A DNA stretch of 63,939 nucleotides, filler included, from Licmophora abbreviata (taxonomy: Eukaryota), in assembly GCA_900291995.1 (NCBI GenBank). It is 6 parts of 6 records of this genome, joined end to end, with 100 filler letters (N's around TTAATTAATTAA, not from the genome) between each part and the next. Parts side by side here need not be neighbours in the genome. Positions count along the whole stretch, not along the records: positions 23,195 to 54,974 come from OLMU01000958.1; 5 more parts are not named here. One strand, 5' to 3'. The notes beneath the pieces are model-generated. The model was not told the DNA's origin and did no database searches. It saw only the letters and a program-made list of their open reading frames with translations. Made by a program: the position numbers and the translations under genes. Each line of letters opens with the position of its first letter. The stretch's first letter is position 1. Shown here piece by piece: positions 34,062-43,863 of this stretch.

Positions 34062-36143
34062 ATGACGGAAGAAGAGCCCACAGCCACTGCCACCACCGTT
34101 ACTCGCAATGCCTTAGCTGCTCGCGAGCTGGAATGGGCAAAGAACTCGCCCGAAACTTTGGAGGAACACGCCAAAATCAACGGCGCCGTCATTCGCACAA
34201 GGTTCCCCCCTGAACCGAACGGCTACTTGCACATTGGCCATGCAAAGAGTATGAACATGAACTTTTCCTTGGCCTTCGACAAACTCAACGTTCCCGAAGA
34301 TAACAGACGTACTATCTTTCGATACGATGACACCAATCCGGAAGCGGAAAGTTCCGAATACATCGACTCTATTCGACGTGATCTAGAATGGCTAGGATGG
34401 ACTCCGGAACGAACGACCTACTCATCCGACAACTTTCAGAAGCTCCACGACTTTGCCATTGTACTTATTCGGAAGGGATTGGCCTATGTCTGCGATATGA
34501 CCAAGCCTGAAGTAGAGGCGCAGCGAGAATTGGCCATGAAGCGGGCCAATCTGCGCAATCTGGGCAAGGATCCCGACATCGAAGCACCCATCACGGACCC
34601 AGATGTTCTTCCAGGCCGCAATCGCAATACATCGGTCGAACGCAATCTTACAATGTTTCACAAGATGCGACTCGGACTTTATGATGAAGGGGAATACACT
34701 CTCAGACTTAAGATGGATTTTGAGTCCTCCAATCCCAACATGTACGATCTTGTGGCGTATCGCATCAAGTATACTCCCCACCCACATGCCGGTAGTGGAT
34801 GGTGTATCTATCCCGCTTACGACTTTACGCATGGCATCTGTGATTCGCTCGAACACATTGACTATTCCATCTGTACATTGGAATTTGAGACGCGGCGAGA
34901 ACCCTACTATTGGATTCTCTGGGCACTCGACTTGTTTCGCCCTGCCGTTTACGAAATGGCGCGACTGAATGTCCAGTACACAGTACTAAGCAAGAGGCGT
35001 CTCCTGAAGCTGGTGAATGCAAAATATGTTCGTGGTTGGGATGATCCTCGTATGCCAACGATTTCTGGATTGCGTCGTCGAGGATACACCAAGAAAATCA
35101 TCAATGGTTTTTGCAATGATATTGGCGCCTCACGCGCCGAGAATCTTATTGAGATTGCTAAATTTGAACATAAGGCACGAACAATCTTGCATGACACTTC
35201 GCAGCGTGCCATGGCGGCCTTGGACCCAATCGAAGTTGTCATCACCAACTTTGCGGAGGAAACGAGCAAGGCGGAGACGATAACGTTTGAAGTGCAGAAT
35301 AGTCCAACGGATGCATCCATGGGTAGTCACACGGTGACCTTGACGGCAGTGCTGTTCATTGACGCTTCGGACTTTCGTTTGGAAGACTCGCCCACGTACT
35401 ATGGACTTGCTCCGAATAAGGCCGTCGGTCTGAAGTACCATGGCGGCAATTTGTTCTGCGACAAGGTCATCAAGACAAAGGACGGAAAGCTCGAGAAGCT
35501 TGAGTGTCACTTGGATACTTCGGAGGGACGTAAGGCCCCCAAAAGTTACATTTCGTGGGTGCCTTCTGATGGAATTCGATGTGAAGTACGCGTGTACAAT
35601 CATCTTTTCCTTGTTCCCGAGCCGACAGTCCAGTGGGAAGAAGAACTCAACACTGAAAGTGAGATTGTTCACGCGAAGGCGATTGTCGATCCTTCCGTGC
35701 GGGATAGTGTAGACGCCAGGGATGTCGACAAGTGGAAATCCAATGCCGCACTTCAGTTTGAACGCATGGGATACTTTGTCGTTGACCAAGATACGACATA
35801 CGACTCGAAGACTAACTCTGGCAAACTGGTGTTCAATAGAACTGTCAGTCTCAAGGAGGAAGTCTTCAAGAAGAAGCTTTCGGCCGAAGAGGAAGCCGCC
35901 ATTGACGCAAGGAGGCTCAAAGCCAAGAAAGACCTTGAAGAGAAGGAGGTGCGCATGAAGATCGACCCCAAGGATTTGTTCCGGGAGGCGTCCGAGTATC
36001 AGGGCAAGTTCAGCAAGTTCAACGAAGAGACGGGTGCCCCGACCCACGCATCCGATGGAACTCCATTGACGAAGACGGCCGTGAAGAAGCTCGAGAAGGA
36101 CCGTCAGAAGCATATCAAGGCGTTGGCCAAGTGGAAGAAATAA
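34062..36143 (+). CDS. QARS: Glutaminyl-tRNA synthetase with C-terminal appendage
   Basis: TRFPPEPNGYLHIGHAK, WCIYPAYDF, SICTLEF, LSKR, GWDDPRMPTISGLRRRG, QFERMGYF and VFNRTVSLK. Confidence 0.95.
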   Translation: MTEEEPTATATTVTRNALAARELEWAKNSPETLEEHAKINGAVIRTRFPPEPNGYLHIGHAKSMNMNFSLAFDKLNVPEDNRRTIFRYDDTNPEAESSEYIDSIRRDLEWLGWTPERTTYSSDNFQKLHDFAIVLIRKGLAYVCDMTKPEVEAQRELAMKRANLRNLGKDPDIEAPITDPDVLPGRNRNTSVERNLTMFHKMRLGLYDEGEYTLRLKMDFESSNPNMYDLVAYRIKYTPHPHAGSGWCIYPAYDFTHGICDSLEHIDYSICTLEFETRREPYYWILWALDLFRPAVYEMARLNVQYTVLSKRRLLKLVNAKYVRGWDDPRMPTISGLRRRGYTKKIINGFCNDIGASRAENLIEIAKFEHKARTILHDTSQRAMAALDPIEVVITNFAEETSKAETITFEVQNSPTDASMGSHTVTLTAVLFIDASDFRLEDSPTYYGLAPNKAVGLKYHGGNLFCDKVIKTKDGKLEKLECHLDTSEGRKAPKSYISWVPSDGIRCEVRVYNHLFLVPEPTVQWEEELNTESEIVHAKAIVDPSVRDSVDARDVDKWKSNAALQFERMGYFVVDQDTTYDSKTNSGKLVFNRTVSLKEEVFKKKLSAEEEAAIDARRLKAKKDLEEKEVRMKIDPKDLFREASEYQGKFSKFNEETGAPTHASDGTPLTKTAVKKLEKDRQKHIKALAKWKK

Positions 36144-36286
36144 GCAGTCGCAGTATTGCGACGAGATTTAGATAACTTCTATCCTTATGCAAGGTTCGAA
36201 AAACAAGGCCAACTGATCGGGCGTGGTAAATTAAAATAACGCGGCCAGTTAGCTTTACACCGCTAGTTTATGCACGAGTAAGTACT

Positions 36287-38608
36287 CTACATCTCGAACG
36301 TCTCGTCGTAAATAGCAATATGAGGTGTACCACTGATACACTGTCGTATTCGATTCAGACAGTGCTCTTCGGCAGCACGTTTAAGCTCGTCTATCATGCC
36401 TGAGGGACCGCATGCAAACAGACCCGGGCAACGCGCGTCGTGGACCTCTTTTAACAACTCGTGTACAGATGGTCGACCTTGTCGCTCATCGTAACTGGCG
36501 GGGTGAACGATGGCTTCGTCGTCCAAAATGCCATCTTTGTCCTCGACGAGAGGTAGGCCCCCAGCTCCTTCCTCGATGTCTTCCATCTCGATTGTGTTGT
36601 CGCCACAGTCAGACTCGCGGCCTACCCTCGTCCACCACGAACCCTCAAGCAACATGCCACCTAAGTGCATATTTCGATGACTGACACAAACGTTGGCAAC
36701 GACCCCAACGAGGACGGCAACCACGACAACTGCAATCGCACCCCATGCCCGCGAAGCCACATGGTACTTGTCCACAACCTTGTTGTACAAGTACCATACT
36801 AGAACGAGGCCAAACCATGCACTCGTCGAGAATACCACAAAACCAGCAATGTTCCCTTTGAGCGTGTCTTCAGATCCCGGGGAAAAGCTAGTCGGCATAA
36901 ACGGGGCGCCAACGGGCTCGTCATTCACAATCACGCCGTTCCGGTCCGACTCAGGAGTAGTCTCGGGCGAATCCAAGTAGGCACGACCTGCCGATTCGGG
37001 ACTCGTGTTGTGTACAACCAAACGCAGCCGCAAGGATGTGCTCGATCCAGCATTACGCAAGAGTGACTCAAAATATTCCGAGCGAACATACTGAATCAGA
37101 TGAACGTCACGGCATACCCAGTGAAGCACAACTTCGGGTATCGCTACCTCCGTCAGCACACCTGTTCGACAAGCCAAGGCTGCCTTGACCTCCGAAAGAA
37201 GCGTCAAGTACGGTGTAATTCCGATCCCTCCTGCTACGAATGTAGCTACATCATGTTTGAGTACTTGGGCAACACGGTCGCAGGGACCATGAAAGCCGTC
37301 CACGTGGAGAATCGGGAGACCTCCTACTCCCCGAACGAGTCGATCCGCGAGCGTGTACGTAAAATTTCCGGTTGCGCGAAAAATGACTCGTAACTGATTT
37401 TCTTTGTCGGGAACATGGGTGACAGTGAAGGGGTGATAGTTGATTGCGATATCGGGAGCCAGCAGCTTGACGTACTGTCCCGCGTTGAATTGTTTCATGG
37501 CCACAGCTGAAGCCTGAAACGTCAGTGCGATGCAAGATCGTTGTCGACCCCCATGATGTGATGGTTCAATGTACTGGATCGATATTATTTTGACTCCTTG
37601 TTTCCGCTTGACCTTTTGGCGCGTTTCAATCATAATGGGAACTGAGCTAGCTGCATAGTATAGGAGACTCGGTGCCATGTAGACGATCGCCTTATTCCAA
37701 TGTAATATCGCGAACATGAGGGCCATGGGTGCCGCCAGGACATGTGCCATGTAAAACAATCGGTAGTGGTACCGGCGGATATAGTTCACACTCGTGATAC
37801 CAATCACTGCAAATCCGACGAGAGACATAAATCCCGTCAAGTTTCGGAAGAGGTAGTAGCAGGAGCAGTCAGTATCGTCGCTGACACAGACAGGCTCAAA
37901 GTCGGAATCCTGGAGTGTCCAACATCGCCTGGGAGGAATCAGCATCTTAATGAGACTCTCTCCTGCAAGATACTTGAATCGTACCATGTGCATTCCTCCA
38001 TGAACAAACACACTCACGAAAACAATCCGTCCGCTCCAGATATGAAGCCTGATAGCTGTCGCCGGGCTCCAATTCAGTAGCTTGAGCAATGCACTGTGTC
38101 GAGCAACGGGAATCAGCAAATAGGCAAGAGCCACAAGCGCTGCCATACCAAACGAGTTTCCAATCTCCATCAGTTGGTCGTCGAGGGACAGTTCTTTTCC
38201 GTACAAGTGTCGATGAATGTTTGCGGCAATATAAATCGACAATGGAATGAACACGAAGAGCAAAGCGAACTGATTGAAATTCACGTCTCCTGAGCCAGAA
38301 TTCCATCGTTGCATCATTCGATGCACCCATATCGGAAATTGGGAGGACAAGGTCGGTTGAGGTCCACGCTGTGGCGTCGAAGGTTTCGAAACTGGTCTCA
38401 ATGTGCATAGTGCCGCAAGAGATCCTGAAAGTAGCACCGGTATGCATAGTGTCAAGACCAGAACGCCTGCTTTGGCATCGGCAAAGAATACAGAAGCGAG
38501 ATTACCATAGCACTGTTTCCCCCCTGGCGTGTTGCCCAGGACTACGAAGCACAGTGACCATAGGGAAGCTAGGGTCACCACCAGCACGGCCAGTCTCGTT
38601 GCTAGCAT
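36287..38608 (-). CDS. Ferric reductase-like transmembrane flavocytochrome (FRE/NOX family)
   Basis: Heme His pairs (LHIWSG..VHG; AH...LH), FAD motif HPFT, VDGFHG, AGGIGITPYL, CGP and terminal ETFEM. Confidence 0.9.
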   Translation of the reverse strand: MLATRLAVLVVTLASLWSLCFVVLGNTPGGKQCYGNLASVFFADAKAGVLVLTLCIPVLLSGSLAALCTLRPVSKPSTPQRGPQPTLSSQFPIWVHRMMQRWNSGSGDVNFNQFALLFVFIPLSIYIAANIHRHLYGKELSLDDQLMEIGNSFGMAALVALAYLLIPVARHSALLKLLNWSPATAIRLHIWSGRIVFVSVFVHGGMHMVRFKYLAGESLIKMLIPPRRCWTLQDSDFEPVCVSDDTDCSCYYLFRNLTGFMSLVGFAVIGITSVNYIRRYHYRLFYMAHVLAAPMALMFAILHWNKAIVYMAPSLLYYAASSVPIMIETRQKVKRKQGVKIISIQYIEPSHHGGRQRSCIALTFQASAVAMKQFNAGQYVKLLAPDIAINYHPFTVTHVPDKENQLRVIFRATGNFTYTLADRLVRGVGGLPILHVDGFHGPCDRVAQVLKHDVATFVAGGIGITPYLTLLSEVKAALACRTGVLTEVAIPEVVLHWVCRDVHLIQYVRSEYFESLLRNAGSSTSLRLRLVVHNTSPESAGRAYLDSPETTPESDRNGVIVNDEPVGAPFMPTSFSPGSEDTLKGNIAGFVVFSTSAWFGLVLVWYLYNKVVDKYHVASRAWGAIAVVVVAVLVGVVANVCVSHRNMHLGGMLLEGSWWTRVGRESDCGDNTIEMEDIEEGAGGLPLVEDKDGILDDEAIVHPASYDERQGRPSVHELLKEVHDARCPGLFACGPSGMIDELKRAAEEHCLNRIRQCISGTPHIAIYDETFEM

Positions 38609-40100
38609 GGCGTATGTCTGGACCCCCGTCGACAAGACTTGGAGGATCGACTAGCTAGAACCCAGACAATTTCCTTCACTCTTCAATTGCCGTTTCGTTG
38701 GTCTGCGGTTGGTCTTCGTCCGTTGCATTCATTTGATCGCTCGCATTGATCTGGTCATTATTTTGGAAAGTGAGTTTGAAGTTGTGAGCATCTTTTCGCT
38801 TTCAAACGCGTGCGTTGACGCCTTGTGCTGGCGCACGTTTTGGCGTGTGTCAGTCGCGTGCAATGACGTCATGATGACGTTGACTTGTGTAGATCATGGC
38901 GCGCCGCAAGCGAGCCGGAAGGACGAAGATCGTTTGCGCTAAGTGAAGAACGTCCTGATAGTCTCTCAGGTGCGACGGTGTCCACCCCTTTCCCTTGTGT
39001 TGGAACTCTGACCACATTAAACATGAACCTTTCAAATAGCGGCCTCTTTCCCCTCATTTCTCTCCATGATGCTGCGATTCATACACCCCCGAGTGATGTG
39101 AGCTAGTCCCTCCAACTCAATGTAAATTTGGTGTGGGGTTTTCCAAAACAAACGTCAAACGACACCTCGTCTTTTCGATGAGCGCAGAAGCGCGATGAAG
39201 CTCACAAATTCTAGATTGAGCAATCGCCATACCCTGAGTTTGTTGAAATACTTTTACTGTTGACTACATTCACTGTTGAAACCATGAGTTTCATCATTGA
39301 AACGTTCAAATGTCTCGTCGGAGAGATCAGAAGCCGCGGTGCGAAGGTGAGTCCAACCAAACTTGATGCAGTCGTGTTCGCTCCAATTCCTTCGTCTGGT
39401 TGCTGATTCTGTTCTTGAAGACCTCTGTCGTGACGTGACCACTTTGGCCGTCTCGTGCTATTCGACGACGGAGCCAATCGTATTGGCGAAGCTTGATGAA
39501 TCTGGAATCGACCCGCTCAACGACCTCGACTACCCCCCTTGGAGTCTCGTCCTGGTGCTTGCGGTTCTAGTCGCCATCCTCCAGTACGAGCTTGGACGAC
39601 GCAGTGTTGTGACCATCATTCGCAGCCGCTGTTTCATTGACGATGGATAGTTCCCGCTGGGAGACGTCCGCCACGGAAGCATTCACGAGTTCGGGCTACC
39701 GCGGAGTGAATCGAAGCGCATGGGTCTGACCAATACGCCCCATGGTGTCGCACCTTGTTTCAAGCTACCTCCCCTCGTATTTCATCGGCAAGTTTGTCAA
39801 TACTCGAGGACACAGCACTGTCTGATCTCGTCCACACTGACAGCGACGACGCAACTTCATTGGTGCCATCCTCAAGTAACAACCTTACAAGATCAATGTC
39901 AATCTTTACACCCAACGCTCTCTTCGTCAGAAATTCAATCATGGTCGTAACCGTGACGTAGAGGTGAGGCCAGAATACCGATACGCCTCAAACTGGTGCG
40001 CGGCGTTACACAGCACACCAAAGGTGCTTTTCCAGCGTCGCACTTTCAAATATACTATCGGATACAAAGTGGACAAGTCTCTCTGTCCACACACAGCATA

Positions 40101-41252
40101 TTACACTTCATGCTCTGCCACCGAAATTTCATCTGTCGTCGCCGTAGACGGAGAAGCTAGCAACATGTCGTCGTCAACGTCTTCAGGCGAATTCGCATCA
40201 GGCGTCAATACCAACAGGGATCCTTCCGTTAAGTCGTACGGATCCACTACGAAATCTCGTCGACAGCATGGACACAGCGGATATCCTCGTTGCTTCATTA
40301 ACCATTTTTCCATGCACTCTTCATGAAATGCATGTTCGCACTCAGAGTTGCTCGACCACACGACGTCGTCTCCAATCTCATAGTTTGCCAGACAAATAGC
40401 ACACAAACTCGGCACCAAACGAGTCTGCGATTGCTTGACGGTTGATGGATTGTCTTGTAACACGCTCAAGCCAGCACGCGGCAGCTCGATGAAGCTCGTT
40501 TCGTCCAAATAGACATCGTCGTGCTCTTCATGTTCCTCTGTTTGTTGTTCCTGTATTGATGGTTTTTGTATTTCCACTGAGGCACAATCATCACCGGAGG
40601 CACAATCATCACCGCGTTTTGCATCACGCTGAGTTATTGTACCGTCGCCTTTCTCATGACTGGAAAGATTAGACGACAAATCGGTATCGCTGGACGACGA
40701 ATGCTTTCGCCCGATCAATCCCATGTCGATATCGCGCACCTCTGAATTTGAAGAAGCATGTGAGCTAGTAGTAATAGAACGACTCTCCATGAGATGCGGA
40801 AAGTGCTGCTTCGTTAATTTCTGAGTACGAATATGAGAAACGTGCCCGACAAATGTGAGTACGACACCAGAGTACCCCAGAACAGCAAACCTGAAGTCAC
40901 AACTACGTACCACTCTTACGGGAGTGAATAACTGCAAAATCTGTGCCCTCTTGAATTCTCGGTAGAGCTTTCGCCTCGCACGTCGCCCCTCTCTTGTCAT
41001 CATCTCTTGATCGCCATCAGCACCACTTTCATTATTAGTCTCTCCCGCTCTCGATCGATGCGCGGCCCGTCTTCGTTCTTCACAGTGCATCCGCAGGTAG
41101 TAGACTAGCGGTACGGCAAAACAGCACGAGAGCACGCAGAGATACAAGCTTGTCAGGACCGTCCGACTTGTAGACCCTGTGGCTTGTAAGGAACGATGTG
41201 CCAGATCCATTGCTGCTATCGTCGATTCATCGTGGTCAATCATCGTGTACAT
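40101..41252 (-). CDS. Transmembrane RING-H2 protein with one in-frame intron
   Basis: TM segment (LYLCVLSCCFAVPLVYY); CAICL...CEHAFHEEC..W...CPCCR; GTACGT..CTCAG intron near 40821-40910. Confidence 0.85.
   Translation of the reverse strand: MYTMIDHDESTIAAMDLAHRSLQATGSTSRTVLTSLYLCVLSCCFAVPLVYYLRMHCEERRRAAHRSRAGETNNESGADGDQEMMTREGRRARRKLYREFKRAQILQLFTPVRVVRSCDFRFAVLGYSGVVLTFVGHVSHIRTQKLTKQHFPHLMESRSITTSSHASSNSEVRDIDMGLIGRKHSSSSDTDLSSNLSSHEKGDGTITQRDAKRGDDCASGDDCASVEIQKPSIQEQQTEEHEEHDDVYLDETSFIELPRAGLSVLQDNPSTVKQSQTRLVPSLCAICLANYEIGDDVVWSSNSECEHAFHEECMEKWLMKQRGYPLCPCCRRDFVVDPYDLTEGSLLVLTPDANSPEDVDDDMLLASPSTATTDEISVAEHEV
40579..40614. repeat. Perfect 18-bp tandem duplication within the coding region
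   Basis: GAGGCACAATCATCACCG x2, encoding GDDCAS twice. Confidence 0.85.
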
Positions 41253-41678
41253 ATGCCTGCCTTCCTGATGAGAAGCTGTTTTTGTTGTTGTTCTAAGTTT
41301 TGATGCTCTTCGTCGTGTCTTTGTATGTCGTCTCGTTGTGGCTTTTTGGAGCGCGCGGTTCGCGTCGATTCATTCTGCAATTATTAATTTTTGAGACCAC
41401 CTTCTGCGCGCGCGCCTACCCAGCAGAGACATCATCGATGGTAAGGAATCGGGAACTTTAATGGTTCCTTTCAACCAAGATTCCGTTGCGTATCTTGTGG
41501 AAGTGTCAAAGCTCCTGAACTTCAAGATCTGCGTAGAAGCTACGTTGATTCATTACCAGAAACACGTGAGTTCCAAACTCGAAATTTTGCTGCCGATCTT
41601 TGGTGTCAACAAGAACGTCATCGCGGCACTAACACACTCCTAGTAGCAGCCACCAATGCAAGCACTGTACTGTCGATC

Positions 41679-42515
41679 ATGAAGCTCACTAGCGTCCTCG
41701 TTCTCTCCTCGTGCCTCGTGGCCAACGCCTTTGGCGTCCAGCATCCTACGCAAAAGGCGGTCAAGAGCAGCGCCGTGAACAAGTCGCCGCTTCGCAAGGA
41801 GACCGGCGCTGTCGCCAGTCCCTTGTTTCGTGATCCGACCGTCACCCGCGGGGGAGCAGTTCCTGGATGGGCCGCCTACAACGACAGTCTCGACAAGAAT
41901 CCCTTGACCACCAAGGCTTTCACCTCTCTCGTCGGATGGGCTCTTGGAGATTTCCTTGCTCAGGTGAGTTCCGTACAAAATTGAAATTTGACTCGAAATC
42001 TGGAATCGGAGAGTCGGGCCGCTGGCGCTACTGTCATTGGATGGGATGGAGAAGAACTTACCAGCCACACGCTCTCGACCAATCCTCTCGTCTTGCAGAT
42101 GTTCATCAGCGGTGGCCCGTTTGACATGAAGCGTTTCATTACCTTGTCGGTCTTCGGATTCCTCTACCACGGACCCTCAGGGCATTACTTTTACAACTGG
42201 CTTGATAGCAAGATCGAAGGAACTGGGCTAAAGCACGTTGCGCTCAAGGTCGGCATTGACCAGATTCTTTGGTGTCCCATTTTCATGACCGTCTTCTTCA
42301 CGTACCTTGGATTGGTCAATGGCGATTCCTTGAGCACCATTCAGTCCAAAGTCAAGAACGACCTTCTCAGCGCTTGCCAGGGCTCCTGGAAGGTCTGGCC
42401 CGCTGTACACGCCATCAACTTCAAGTTTATCTCCACCAAGCACCGTCTCGTCTTTATCAACGGTGTCCAGATCGCCTTCAACATGTTCTTGTCTCTCATT
42501 GGAACTAAGAAGTAA
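41679..42515 (+). CDS. Mpv17/PMP22 family protein with signal peptide, 2 exons
   Basis: ANA-FG cleavage motif, PLTTKAFTS, GDFLAQ, HYFYNWLD, KVGIDQ and WKVWPAVHAINF; intron 41964-42098. Confidence 0.9.
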
Positions 42516-42724
42516 CTTGTGGGATTTCAGCATCAGAAACAATCAGGTGGGGTGCTTCGGCATCAAGGTAAATGAGACATGTCTCGGTACTAGACTACTA
42601 GGCGCGTTCCGAGTACTTTACTGCGAATGTTGTAGTAAGAATAAAAGAGCATGTTGCAGGTTCCTCATTATGTGTGAGCCAGTTTGTAGTGCGGCACCAG
42701 ATACCATATCATAGGGCTTAGTCG

Positions 42725-43576
42725 CTACGTTCCAGGTCGTCCATTGCCGTTCTTGGCGAGTTCACCGTCGGTCGAAGAGTCGTCGTCGAGACTATGCTTA
42801 CTAGCAGCGCTCTTTCTGAGTCTCTTATCAGGGCGCACATCCAGGTCATGGTCATCGCTACTTCCGAACAAATCCTTAGAAGGTCCTTGTTCCTTGCGAT
42901 GATTCGACTCGGCATTCTCTTTGGCTGATGCCGCGGTATCACCAAGGGGGTCGCCACAATCGAAACTATCGTCCCATTCAATCGCCTGAGAGTCCTCCTT
43001 GTCTGGTTTTAGAATTCTTTTTCTAGCAGGCGGCTTTGTGTCGGCGTTACCGTCAATCTCCTCGTCGGTCTGCATCTTGTCATCATCATCTGACGACGAC
43101 GAAGTGTCGATGCCTTTTTCAAGTCGTTCCCTCCAAGCCTGCATTCGTTGCGTCATTGGCGTCATTGCGACTGTTTCCCGCGCCATAGGACTGCTATCAC
43201 TCGACCGTACTCTCTCACCGCTCGACGCGGCAGTCGTGGTCGACCGAAACGCCGGTATGTTCGCTTTCGCCCCCATGTTCCGAAGCTTGCTCAAGAGGCC
43301 GTCCGGATCCTTCCTCGCGGCCAGCATGACATCGTCCACCTGCACTGTTCTTCTCCCTGCATGCTTGCTGAACAAAAGCAAGTCACTGCTCAGACTCGTG
43401 GTGGCATACTGGTACACCAACTCCGTCAATGCTACCACGCCGTCCGAGCTCATGTGGCCCGAGTCGTCGGAGGCAATCTCTTCCTCGACACAGATCTGAC
43501 TTATCGCGTCCTGCAAAGCGCCTCGAAGATCCAGCTCATCTTTCAGCGATACTTCGGCAGTCTCATAGTCGTTCAT
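42725..43576 (-). CDS. CENPS: CENP-S/MHF1 histone-fold protein with acidic tail
   Basis: ALTELVYQY...DLLLFSKHAGRRTVQVDDVMLAARK. Confidence 0.8.
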   Translation of the reverse strand: MNDYETAEVSLKDELDLRGALQDAISQICVEEEIASDDSGHMSSDGVVALTELVYQYATTSLSSDLLLFSKHAGRRTVQVDDVMLAARKDPDGLLSKLRNMGAKANIPAFRSTTTAASSGERVRSSDSSPMARETVAMTPMTQRMQAWRERLEKGIDTSSSSDDDDKMQTDEEIDGNADTKPPARKRILKPDKEDSQAIEWDDSFDCGDPLGDTAASAKENAESNHRKEQGPSKDLFGSSDDHDLDVRPDKRLRKSAASKHSLDDDSSTDGELAKNGNGRPGT

Positions 43577-43863
43577 GATGGGGTGGAGATATTCACGCTG
43601 CGACAATGAGCGATGATGCTGAGCATCCAAAGCTTCCGCGTTGTTTCCCGGCCTCGTCGGTCGCCGCGGTGTCTGTCATGGTGTGGGTGAGCTTTTCGCC
43701 GGCTCCGCGGTACGCGTGTAGTGTCGGATGTGAGCTCTCCTCGCGGAGATTTTTGCTGAGTGTACCAGGTAGAAATTGGTTCCATCAACGCTTCGATTCG
43801 ACGCGGACTCTCTACGTCTGCCATTTGCGTCTTTCATAACCTCAAACCTAGAGAGTATCATCA

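Noticed and set aside
35130..36113. 327-aa antisense ORF over GlnRS, and similar shadow ORFs (17755-18456, 63327-63911)
   Set aside because: They lie opposite well-supported genes, have no motifs and are expected from codon bias.
39363..39650. Plus-strand ORF with an apparent TM helix
   Set aside because: The hydrophobic run is the antisense image of charged codons on the minus strand; no other support.
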